DNA from: Azolla caroliniana
Lineage: Eukaryota; Plantae; Polypodiophyta
Assembly (NCBI GenBank): GCA_043228905.1
Contig: JBHGNT010000135.1
Location: 1-64,000, forward strand
DNA length: 64,000 nucleotides
Reading direction: 5' to 3'
Shown one piece after another: positions 37,985-50,200 of the stretch. The notes beneath the pieces were generated by a model. It did not search any database, was not told the origin of the DNA, and saw nothing but the letters and a program-made list of their open reading frames with translations. How positions within the stretch are numbered: the stretch's first letter is position 1; every line of letters begins with the position of its first letter. Both the position numbers and the translations under genes were made by a program.

Positions 37985-40347
37985 AGAAAACCCTTCTTGA
38001 GAGCTATAAATAAATCCACATCAATCTCCTACCAACTAGTCATATATCCCTACTTCTCTTTGTGATCTCTTTTCCCTTTTGGCCACCTTCTTATCAGCCA
38101 TCTATATTTGAGTGATATCTCTCCAATTGTATCTGTTTAAATTTGTATACCATATTTTGGATGTTACATGTGAGGATAATGCTGTTTTTTCCCTTTCAAG
38201 ATCTGGCCAGAGAGAGACGAAAGATATTAGAATTGTGGTTTGTTTTATGAATCAATGTGAAATCATACTTGGCCTTGTGACAAGGTCTCAGTTTTTTTGT
38301 TTGGGATAGTAACTGACTAAAGTCAATCACTAATGCTGTTTTTTTCCCGTTCAAGATCTGGCCAGAGAGAGATGAAAGATATTAGAATTGTGGTTTGTTT
38401 TATGAATCAATGTGAAATTGTTACTTGTCCTTGTGACAAGGTCTCAGTTTTTTTGTTTGAGATAGTAACTGACTAAAGTCAATCACTATAGCATCTTTCC
38501 ATTATTACATTACACATGGGCTTTTGTTTTGTTAGCAAAATGTTTTGAGGAAATTTTCAGCTATAATAAATTCAGAGAATCATGAATATTTAGAGTGACC
38601 ATCTTTATATACATCATTCTCAGATGTGAATACTACTGTGGATTTCACAGATAAATGTTAAATGAACATGCTTGTAGTTGCCATTCTAATACTCTGGGGG
38701 TTCAACTTCAAATGCAAGTGCACTTAATATATTGATGATTATAACATTCTGTGTGGATCACACACAAATTTGCCATTCTAATACTCCATTTATTGAACTA
38801 CAGATGTGAATACTGCTCAGTAGAGTTCACACTCAATGTCAAATGTACATCTGATCAAACATTAGATGTAACAAGCAATGACCTAATTCCTACTGAGCAG
38901 CAATATCCAGTATATCCAGTGGGCTTCCATGATCGGAATGAGTACGGAAATTTTGGAGATGAGTCTCCAGATCAGAGGTGCGATTTATTTTGAGCATGAT
39001 GTTAGAATGTGCATATCTGACATTTATGTACAAAAAAAAACCAACATGAAGGGCTGCATCCTTCTGTAGACACGCGCATATACTTGCATTTTTCTTCACA
39101 CTCAGCCATGAAGTCAGAGTGTTTATAATAGCTGTGATAATGCTGAAAGACTTTAATTATTGGAAGATATGACATATCAATGCACAGATAGTAACAGATA
39201 ATTGGAAAAGATATGACTACAATATAGATGAATTTATTATCTATATTGTGATATGACCCACTTTCCTAAAATATGTAGAATATTGTATCATGCATGTGTA
39301 TATATATATATGAATGTATAGTGTGTGTCTATCACTTACTGTGCAGGCATGAGATATCTATACATGATATGAATGTGCATTTTATGAATCAGTTCACTTT
39401 TTGATTTTCTGGCATTACAGAACTTCAAAATGGAATGACAATTTGTTGTGTGCATAGCACTTATTGTGCAGATGCGAGATATCTATGAATGATATGAACA
39501 TGCATTTTATGAATCAGTTACCTTTTTGATTTTGGCATTACAGAACTTCAAAATGGAACCACGGTTTCTTGTGTCTCCTGTCATTCGGATTATTCATTTA
39601 ATGATGCATATCATGACGCAGGGTGGATATTCTGTGCAAAAAGCATATGAAAATTTCATAAAAACTTCCAAAAGGAAGAGGGTGAGTACTTTTGACCCAT
39701 TTCTGACTTTTTTGTACATTTTGTTCTCAATTTCTACAGGGGCATTCTGATTGTGAAACTCAGGCGTGGACAAGAACTGAAGTTGCGAGCCATTGCAAGG
39801 AAGGGCATTGGTAAAGATCACGCAAAGTGGTCTCCTGCTTCAACAATAACTTTCCAGTTCGAGCCTGAAATTCATATCAATGAAGCACTGATGGAGACTC
39901 TTACACTAGAGCAGAAGAAAGAATGGGTTGAAAGCTGCCCTACAAAAGTATTTGACATTGATCCAAATACTCACCAGGTTAGCCAATACCTAGATAGGTT
40001 TATTAATTCTTCCCTACAGTGAATCTAGATAAGGCAAATAAGCTCTTTTATTTTTATATCCATTTCTACAGGTGGTGGTGGTTGATGCAGAGGCATATGC
40101 GTATGATGATGAGGTGATAAAGAAAGCTGAAGCGATGGGGAAACCTGGTCTTGTAAACATAATAAGCAGAGAAGATTGTTTTATTTTCACCATTGAGTCG
40201 ACGGGAGCCTTGAAAGCATCGGAGATGTTCTTAAATGCTATTGATATTCTGAAGGCAAAGCTTGATGCAGTTCGACTATCAATGGAAACAGAGGAGAATG
40301 ATGATCAATTTGGAGAATTGGGTGCACATATGCGTGGGGTCCTCTAA
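36650..40347 (+). CDS. NRPB3: DNA-directed RNA polymerase II (II/IV/V) subunit 3; exons 36650-36945, 38804-38977, 39740-39977 and 40072-40347, 327 aa
   Basis: [44 protein letters not shown], Zn site [45 protein letters not shown] and [11 protein letters not shown]. All three GT-AG introns are phase-consistent (984 nt). Telo-like TTAGGGTTAGGG at ~36376. Confidence 0.97.
38177..38487. repeat. ~155-bp tandem duplication in RPB3 intron 1
   Basis: TAATGCTGTTTTTT..AAGATCTGGCCAGAGAGAGA..GACTAAAGTCAATCACTA occurs twice. Confidence 0.9.
39333..39558. repeat. ~120-bp tandem duplication in RPB3 intron 2
   Basis: CACTTA.TGTGCAG..GAGATATCTAT..GCATTTTATGAATCAGTT..GGCATTACAGAACTTCAAAATGGAA occurs twice. 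Confidence 0.85.
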
Positions 40348-41634
40348 ATCATTCATTGTGAGTTGAATTGTTTTTCATATTCTATGCACAATTTGTAAGT
40401 GTGGAAGAGTTACTAATATATAGTGCTGATGGAGTAAGGCCAAGTGCTTTTTGTCTTATGCTTGGCGTCTGGTCATCCTTTTGTTATATGCAAAGGTATA
40501 CATAGTGTTAGGATAGTTAGGAGCTATGGGCCAGATGGGATTTGGCAAAAGCTCACATGTAAAACTTTGTAGGCCTAAGATTTTTTGCTCTGATTCAATT
40601 GTTATAAATGTTATAGCTTGACCAGTTTATTGGTTTATAACTTTGTTGTTCGCTTGAAGTCAGGCATAAACAATCGTTGTAATATATAAATGTGTTAGGG
40701 CTAAGCTAATTAAGGTTTTTAGCCATTGACTGTTTTATTGGGTTTCCTGGTGTAATTTCACTTCTTGGGTGGTGTTGATTCATCATGTGAACCTGAGTAT
40801 TTAACTTTGTTGCTCTTTACGATCATCAAAACAGTAATATTTGCGAAAACTCACAGATATTGGAAAAACACTGAATATTTCACATGGCGACTTTTGTGAA
40901 TGGGGATATTTTAGGTTGGGGGTCATTGCTGTGTAAGTCACTTCCTACAGAATTGAAACATTCTTCAATAGCACCTAGTTTATTTATAATAAGCATTGCA
41001 TACATCTTACATCAGATTAGTTTTGTATCCTATTTGATAGTGTTCACTAGCACCTAGTTTGTTTCAATTAAGGTGAGCTTGACATATCTCTTGCATGGCA
41101 TTAATTTGTGTATTTATTGATTGCTTTGGACTGTGACATGGTCACTTGACTGTTGGTCTTATTGTTTTGAAATTTGAAAGATAAAACAAAGAGTTCTAAT
41201 GCTAGTGCATGAAGTATGTGCTTGGAGATTGTAGGAGTGTTTTTTCCCATCCTTGGTCAATGCATCATTCTAACAATTTTTCAAATGCCAACATATGATC
41301 GAACTTATGAATGGATGATCCCAACAATTCAATCATGTTTTTGGATGCCTTAGTATTTCAACTTATGAATGTATCTTGGGAGGTCTTTCATTAACTTAAC
41401 CCTTGAAGATATTCGTATAATTCTTGTCCTCTATACTGCAGAATATGTTGGTAGAACTTGTATTACCTCGAAGAAATCTGCCTTTCGTAATTGACCCGTA
41501 TTATTCTCAAACTTCCAATATTTGAGACCGATATTATCTTGATAGGATTTTGATATTCAGAAATATTGAGTTATGAAACATTAGCGGCGCCAATTAAATT
41601 AATTGGGGATTGGTTAAAGGTGTAAAGTAATAGT

Positions 41635-41897
41635 CATAGTATGAACCATACGCACCATACATGCATTTGCATTCTCGATTGTTTCAATCATTCGAGTATA
41701 TGGTAAACACCCTCGAAGAATGATAAATACCATACTTTGGATTAACTATTTATTATGAGGTAAATAAACCTAAAAAAAAAGGGGAAAAAACAAAAAACAA
41801 AAAACAAACACAAGAATGTTTGAATAACATTTGCATTCGTTTTCCAATGTAGCAAAACGAATGTTATGCTAGACGAACACGAAATTTACGTACTATG
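41635..41897. mobile_element. hAT-type MITE (263 bp), same family as 56380-57268
   Basis: TIR CATAGTA...TACTATG. Exact 8-bp TSD GTAATAGT at 41627-41634 and 41898-41905. Confidence 0.9.
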
Positions 41898-42279
41898 GTA
41901 ATAGTATTGGAATGTTATATCATTAAGATTTTGCCTTACGCATAAGGTGCTTATTGTGTTGCTTTGTACACATGATAAATCTTGATTCTTTGGATCTTAG
42001 TCACATGTCAATATCATAGTTATGAGAGAGTGCTATAGCAATGCGGTAACGGTCATATATGGGCTAAGGATTCACAACTTTATTTCTAATGAAGATGCAC
42101 TAGCCATCAATAGTGTTTAAATAACACATTCGTTTTCCTCACAAAAAGGTATTTGTTGATGAAATGATTGTGATACAGGCCAAAAGCTTCATGTTTTGGC
42201 TCATATGAAGGTAATTGCCATGAACATCTTAAAAGCTTTGCCATTTCTTTTAAGTGTTTACTACTTCATCATGCTTTAC

Positions 42280-42611
42280 CTGTAACAAACTTGAAGACAT
42301 GCAAAGTATGCGATGAAGGCATGGTAGAGGATGAATGTCACTTGCTCTTCACATGCTCGACATAAAGTGCAATTCGTTCAAGATATGCTGACATACTAAG
42401 AGGGAGTGATAACTTAAGTGCCATACTTAAGCCACCACTGAGAAGGTTGAGCTCATATGTGTATGCTTTATTCACACATAGAGACTTTGTGCTTCAATGT
42501 ATGCATACCCCTTCTTAGGAAGGAGACACATATCAAGAACACATGTATACTTTGGTCTCATAGGTCAAAATTGGCCTCTTTATGGACGATAAAAATTCTA
42601 ATTCTAATCTA
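42280..42611 (+). mobile_element. RTE/CR1-group LINE 3' fragment
   Basis: CKVCDEGMVEDECHLLFTCST*SAIRSRY (Cx2C..EDExH..C knuckle), a terminal AGGTCA-AAAT-TGGCCT hairpin and an ATTCTA-repeat tail. Confidence 0.7.
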
Positions 42612-42639
42612 AAAGGACAGGTTGATGATCGCCACTGTG

Positions 42640-43045
42640 TGTGTTGCCAATTACAGGATGGGTGTCTTACAACGCAATAATTTCTAGGTATGTGCGGAAA
42701 AATAAAGGTTTCTCAGCTTTGCACAACCATGATGTTTGATATGTGCATGTATTTTAAAGGTGGAAACTTGGAAGAAGTATTCACTGTCTTTTCGAAGCAA
42801 CATAATCAAGATGTGGTGTCTTACAACACAATGATTTCTGGGTATGTGGAAAAATAAAGGTTTTCCAGCTTTGAAACCTTTGAGGAGTATATATGTGTAG
42901 TTGGTTAACCTTATTGATAGCATGTAGATGCTTTGGCAATATAGATATGGGGAAATTGTGCTCGAATGAAGCTATGAAATTGGATCTTGATACAATTGCA
43001 GGATATGCATTGATGTCAAGCATGTATGCAAAAAGTCATATAGTG
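42640..43045 (+). pseudogene. PLS-class PPR pseudogene relic with E domain
   Basis: VSYNAIISRYVRKNKGFSAL and QDVVSYNTMISGYVEK* are PPR repeats with stops/frameshifts. WLTLLIACRCFGNIDMGKLCSNEAMKLDLDTIAGYALMSSMYA is an E1/E2-like motif. Weaker PPR-like relics may extend to ~41990. Confidence 0.8.
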
Positions 43046-43740
43046 GAGGTTATATATCTCCTAATCATCTCTCATTTTGGTAAAACAAGTGGGTTGTATT
43101 TTGTAGTCAATATGTATTTTAAAACTAATGGAAGGATATATTGTTTAGAAAATAATAATAATCTGAAAAGCTTTACAATGCTTGTATGAAGGTAATTGTT
43201 TGTGATATCTTGAGGTTTGTATGGATTGACATTTTTAGAATGAACAATAGCCCAAGTCTCAAGGATTTATTTCAATATATGTATCATGGTTTAAGTGTTT
43301 AGTTTGTCCTCCACATGGTATTAACTCCATGTATCTAGACTAGGTCATTAAAGTCATAAAGGAGACATTGACCTAGCCTAAGAGGAGAAGCAAATTGGTG
43401 TCCCCAGTTTTAGGAAGTAAAGTGGGAAAACTATATGACTCTTTATGTTCAGAGTGAGACTTTAGATTTAGTCACCATTAAGTATAGGTTCACATATTCG
43501 GGGCAAAGCCAACCTTGCCCACACACTTTAGAGAGTCACCCATTTTCTTTTCTCTTTTCACTATTCTTGCAACCAAGCACAATATACTAGGTGTGCACTT
43601 TGATGGTGATGAAGAATGGTCTGCATTTATAAAAAAGGAAGGATAAGTCTCATGGTATGGTTCTTGCGATAGATATACATTTGGCCAAATGGAGAACATA
43701 CTTTTCGAGTACACACACACACACACACACAAACACACAC

Positions 43741-43826
43741 ATTCACAGGAAGCATCTCGTTCAATTCACAGGAAGCATCTCGTTCAATTCACAGGAAGCA
43801 TCTCGTTCAATTCTCGTTCAATTCTC
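43741..43826. repeat. 23-bp minisatellite x3
   Basis: ATTCACAGGAAGCATCTCGTTCA x3 plus partial copies. Confidence 0.95.
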
Positions 43827-45609
43827 TAATGAACGTAGAGTGAGCTAGTTCCCACCATTTAGGCAATAAAATATGTTGCTAATGTTACAATTGTTCCACT
43901 ACTAACTATTTTGTCAAGAATGTAGATGGATTCAATTGGCATTAGTCAAAGCCGATTGTTTTATTGTCCTATCATACAAGGGCTAATCAAGCATCTTTTC
44001 CATGTCCTCATGTGGTTCAACGTGTAAAAGACATGACTATGTCTTTTTCAGTGACAAACAAATAACAGTACACATGCATACACTTTTGGATTGACCGTGT
44101 TTTCTTTTTGTGGTGTAGGATTTCACGAACACTACACTTCGTTTTACGTGTATTCTTGGTGTAGTTTGAACATATATAGAGGATATGGAATGATGCAACA
44201 AAGTTGTACTTTCCATTGTGGTGGCACTATACATACATGCATGCATGTGTGTGTGTGTTAGAGATGCCATTTGCAAGATTGAAAAATTGAAGTAACAATA
44301 TGAAATCTTGTTATGAGTACAACATTCAATATGTAGTTTGTTTGCAACTTCTTGATATATCTTGCCAAATAAATAATGTGTAGACAAGGCAAATTTCAAG
44401 GTAAAAAAATGTTGCCAAGCAAAATGTTGATCCTATTGGTGAGAAATAGTTCACTTTTTTGCATGTTTCGTATGTTCTAATAAACAATTTCCAGTATTTA
44501 TTTATAAATGCCTACTAGTAGTTTTCTCATACCTCTTAGAGAAGTTTGATTTTTCTTTTATAACCCTAGAATCATTTCTCTTTTAGATCTATGACTAATT
44601 ATAGAAGTAAATCATCTTACAACCCTAAAATCATTTATCTTTGAAGAGAGAGCATATCTATTTTTCCAAAAGACCTAGTTCACGAAGCGAGGTAAACATC
44701 ATTGTTACAATTATACAAATAACCCCTAGGAGGCAATAGCCTAGAGAATGTGACAATCTAGATAGGAGCCAATAGCCCTCAAAGTCTCTGATTAGGTGCT
44801 TCATGTAACACCCTAGACGAAATCAATATCTTGTTATTTACCACTAAGGTCATCACACAACCCCAAACACTTATTTCTAATTTAAATGCATGATGGGTTT
44901 TTATTGTACCTAGGTTTATGGTTTGAAAGATTTGGAGATTTTGGTTGTTCCTTTAAACTTGTCAAGGAGTAGTATAGAGCAAAAGTCAGTGTCATATGAA
45001 GGACATTTATCGTTCCATGGATTCCCAAAATGTTTTGTAGGTCATAATTATAAACAAAACATAGTTTACCTCAAACCTTGAGCATGTTCTAAAATGACAT
45101 GGTTATAGATGCAATGTGACTACTTAATTCCATGGAATTGGCAAATTCTAAAACCCATTTGACAATTGCAAAAAGTCTTCTTGGGGATCAATAAAGCCTT
45201 TTTTATGGACGAATGTTCATGCATTGACAAATTGAATCTTCGAGACATAACAAAACATGTCGTGTTTGTTAGTTAGTGGGAGAACCTCTCACGAGTCACA
45301 ACCATTGTTACCAAATCCGAATATGTAGTGTCAATCGTAAACCCTTGTTGCCAAACCTAGACGTATATCTTATAATTGAACTTGTATTGATAAAGGTAAA
45401 GTCTAGATGTTGCAAGGGAAATCTAAACACCAAAATCTTTAATCATAATTATTACCATTCACCCTCTTATCTTTCTATGCTCTTTTTATAATTCATTAAA
45501 TGCTACCAACCATGCTAAATGGATAGTGAGGAACAAGATGTGTATAATACAATTAGGTGATTGAAGACCTTAAGTCTATCAAGTAGGGCACATGGTATAT
45601 ATTCGAGTT

Positions 45610-45800
45610 TGTCCATGTATCTCTAGACACCAAGATCCCTTTAAACATAGGTTAGACTTTATCCATGTATCTTTAGGAACAATGGCTTTTAGATGTAGGC
45701 TACAATGTATCCATGTAGTTGTAGAAACTAAGTCTTTTAGGTGTAGGTTATAGCTTATCCATGTAGCCTAGGCACATGGGACATTTTAGTTCGGGTTAAT
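45610..45800. repeat. Degenerate ~48-bp tandem repeat x4
   Basis: TCCATGTA..TAG..TTTAG.TGTAGG.TA units at ~45612, 45662, 45710 and 45758. Confidence 0.6.
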
Positions 45801-46582
45801 AAATAGGCATTAGAGAAAACACCACAATGTGGACATTGACACAATCGACATTGCACCCATGGTTTCCCCTTGACTGAACTCTCATAGTTCATCTTTTGTA
45901 TTTCCCTAATGATTATATTAAGCACAATGTTGTTACTCAAATAAGGTATTAAACTACGTGTATATAAATCTTGACAAAGGTTCATGTGTGTGCATATATT
46001 CTATTGAGCATATGAGTCTCTAACCGAAACCTGTGTTTTTTTACTAGTTTCATTCTTTGTCCTTATGTAAACTGGAAAAACGTTTTATCTCCATAAGACT
46101 AGATTTTCATGAAATTCAGTACACCTAAAAACGGGTCCATTAAAAAGTTGTATTTTGATTGGTTGAAAAGACGTGCGTTCAAGAGCTTACTAGGGTGTGT
46201 ATGTGTATGCATATATTTATGGAAGATCCTTATGGTACACCTTTGAAAATGACTAAAGCTTCGTTTCATGGAAAGTAAGCGATTAAATAATAACAAACAT
46301 CGAAAATAATGCTCTTCATGTTTTGTGTTGGAGCCGGTAATAATTGATGCAAAACTATTTCCCAAACGTCGAAAAATGAGTTTGTCTAAGAGAAAACTGT
46401 AGGCTATAATTGTCGAACAGCAAGTGACAAAAATAACAACATCAAAGACAAATTATATACATGGGTTGGAAGCAAGTTTTGACACGATGATGCGGAGCCC
46501 TCGAGAGGAGCTTAGGAGCTTATGAGTGTGTGACCGGGCTATCGGAGCTTCAAGGGGAACATCTCATCTATACATACATACA

Positions 46583-46613
<31 letters not shown>

Positions 46614-46697
46614 TGTACATACATGCATGCATACATACATACATGTATGTAAGTTTTAAAGAAAGAAAAAGCAAGCATATACATTGTAGAAAGGATA

Positions 46698-46730
<33 letters not shown>

Positions 46731-47010
46731 GAGAGAGAGGGAGAGAATGTTGAAGTGCCTATTAAGAAACTAGAGAAGAAAAACAGAGAACTAAATTTAA
46801 AATTCTTACTCATAAGATAGATAGCTACAGTCCAATTATCAATACATATACATATACTGTATACATATACATATACATATACATATACACACACACACAT
46901 CAAATACATACATACATACATACATATATATATATATAAATAGATTAATTATATAACATATATCTAAATAAATAATAAAGAAATCTTTATTTATATATAT
47001 TTAAAATCTG

Positions 47011-47043
<33 letters not shown>

Positions 47044-47202
47044 ATCACTCTGTTTTCTTCTTCATCAGATTTTCTTCATTTCTTCCAATAATCCTTCTGT
47101 AATTAGCCCTAATCTCTCTCTTTCTCTCTCATCTAATTTCCATTAATCCATTTCTTACTAGACTTGCTCTTTATCCCTCTTTCTAAATCCATCTCTCTTA
47201 AT

Positions 47203-50200
47203 ATGATCCCTAATTACCACCGCCATCATCGTCATCAGCAGCGGCAGATGATTAGCCATGGCAGTAGGAGCTTTCATCATGATGATCCATCGTATCTAAA
47301 CTCAGGTATTAGTTGTATGGCGATGAATACATTCCTAGCAAAACATAATTACACATCAATGGCCCATCCCAAGTCATCATCAGTCATTTGACACACTGGT
47401 AATTAACGACGATCGGTTTGCGTTTGCATTTTCCCTACTCCTATGCCCAATTAATCTTCCTCTTCTCCTAATCACATTCTTCATTGCTCTGAATCCTCTT
47501 TCACTTTTCGTATGCCTAATTATTCTTCTCATTTCATTAATCGTGAGCTCTATGATATGAATATCTGTCATGCTTTGCAAACCATATGCTTTATATGTAT
47601 TGTAATCTTCGCCGTGTCTGGTAATTGTACACTTAATTTCTACTTCTCCTTTTGCTAATCATGTGCTTAATTACTCTTCTTCTTCTGAATCCTCCTCACG
47701 CTAATACTCTGCCTTAATGAACGCACCCTGTCTTCTTCCGCTAAACATCGGATTGCTTTATCTTTCATAAATTTGAATCATTACTCTTGGGGGGGGGATT
47801 TGATTAAGATGATTAATTACCATCCTAATGATTTGTCTTCTCAGAGTGACATTCTCTTTATTTTGCATTCTTCTACATAATATACTTATTATAGGAATTG
47901 TTAAAACATGATCATGTTACCTTAATTGTTTGAAGGAGAATTATAATATATATGTGGGCGTTTTTAAGAATCACGATAAACTTGTCTGAGTGAATAATTA
48001 TCATTTAATGGTGAATCATATGGTCGGATTGCTTCCATATATTATGATTTTTTCACTTTTCCCATTAAATTGAGCAATGAATGCTTGTGTGCATGAATAC
48101 CTCACATTTTTGTAGCCACTTGCTCAAGACTTCCGGTTTGTTGTATGATAATGTAGTAAGTGATGCCTATAGGTAGTACACATTTAATCTAAAATCACTT
48201 TTGACCAAAGTTTTAATACAAATTGATTGATGAAGTCTTGGATGATGTTACTACATATAACTCTAGACTTTTTTAACTTTATAAACTTTTACCATTTATT
48301 ATCCGAATGAAAGACTCGGTCGATGACTCGGACATTGTTGTGGTGAGGAGCGAGTCAAGCCCCAATGCAAGGAGGAGTCACCGGTTGGGCACCACGCCTC
48401 CCGACCATCCCAAAGCCCGAAGGGAATCCGTATATAGCAAATCTCCTCATCATGGAAGGGAAATATTGATGAATTATACAACAGTTATGAAGTGTCATTC
48501 TCCATCGTCCAACTCTAGCACACCTAGCTTAATGCACGAGCTTAACAATCCCAATGGCTTTGCAACGAGGCCATCGTGTAGTTCCGTACGTAGCCCGGAG
48601 TATAGTCGTGAAGCACTCCACACAACGAATTCCCGCGTGACCAATCTTCTTCATTCATATGGGCATGATGAAAGGATGTTGCCCGTGACCGGCTCAAAAT
48701 GGGAGGATGCAGACAAGTGGATTAATGGCAATGGGTGCATTGACTCAAGGCTCAATTATGGTGTGAACACATCTCCTAGCTATGAGAGCTTGCAAACCAA
48801 ATCACCTCAAAACACACCTAGCTATATTAAAGATAACCATGTAACAAGATCACCCAAGTTAAACATACATAGCTTTAATAACGATTGCTTGTTAACGAGA
48901 TCACCTCATCATATTTCTAACCATAATTCTCACCACCATAATATTAATCCTCAAATTCCTCTTCCTAATGATAATGACATAAGAATCAAATCCTATCCTC
49001 CTATTCCTTCCCAAATTGTACAAGTAGATTGCATTAATCCCACAACCAAGTCCATAGCCAATATACTAGACATTACCCCACTTCCAACTTACATTCAAAA
49101 GAAGAAGGGACAACAAAGTAAAATGATTGATGTGAATAAACATATCATTGTCAATCATGAACTAGAAGAGAGCAAATTAGTGCATCGATTGCAAAGCGAA
49201 TACTGCAACTCACTATTATCAAATGAAAATAATGCACAACATCCCCCACATAACAATGCAATGGGAAGGCAGGTTCCACCACCAATGGAGGAGGAGTATA
49301 GGAAAGCACCCTATCGAGATGAGGGATCAGGTACTATTTCGCACACACATACATTGCCATTTCATATATTGATGCTTGCATTACTTTTGTTTGTAAATAA
49401 ATAAAGACTTCAAGTCATATCTACTTGTTAACACTTCACATCACATGTTGGGCCCCTCGTCATGACATCCTAGTATGTGTTATATAAGTTTCCTCCATTG
49501 GTGTCTTTTGGACCTTGGGTTCAAAAGTGATAGGAGGCATAATTTATAACTAGAAAATAATTAGCTCTTCACATGAGCCATCTTTCACCATCCTCTTCCA
49601 AGCAATCTTTCTTAAATAATATGATATTTACACATCAAAACCCCCCCCTTTTTAAAGGAAACCGCTTGTCCCCCCTTCTCTCCTAGAACTTTTTGTTTTG
49701 GAAAATTGTTGGCATATGCTTATCCTTTGCATTGTCACACTATTTGGAGAAGGATTTCTTTTTCGAAGGTGAAACATCACAATGTTGTTCTTCGTTATGA
49801 CATCAATGCAACACACATCCCTTTTCTAATGGAAGTCTGTTTGACGATCATGAGAAGAAAAAAAAGTCTACGACCCTGTAATTGATGGATGTGTGAGGCA
49901 ATTGTGTCAAGGACTATATTTCATACATTGCTTTTGTTCTTTTTGCATGTGGATTGATGCCCCTTTATATTCCCCCTTCAATGTCTCCATATGAGGAATA
50001 TGTTTTACTAAGAGAAATGTATAGCATCACGTATTTGACTTATAAATATGATAAATATTTCTCGCCTTTCAATACAATCCATCCAAGATTCCAATGTGAT
50101 GTCATGGAAAATAACATCTTAAGTTCATATGAAATTTCAAAAGTAAGACAACATCACTTAGATTGCAAGTTGTGTATGATCATGATCGTTTCTACTATTT

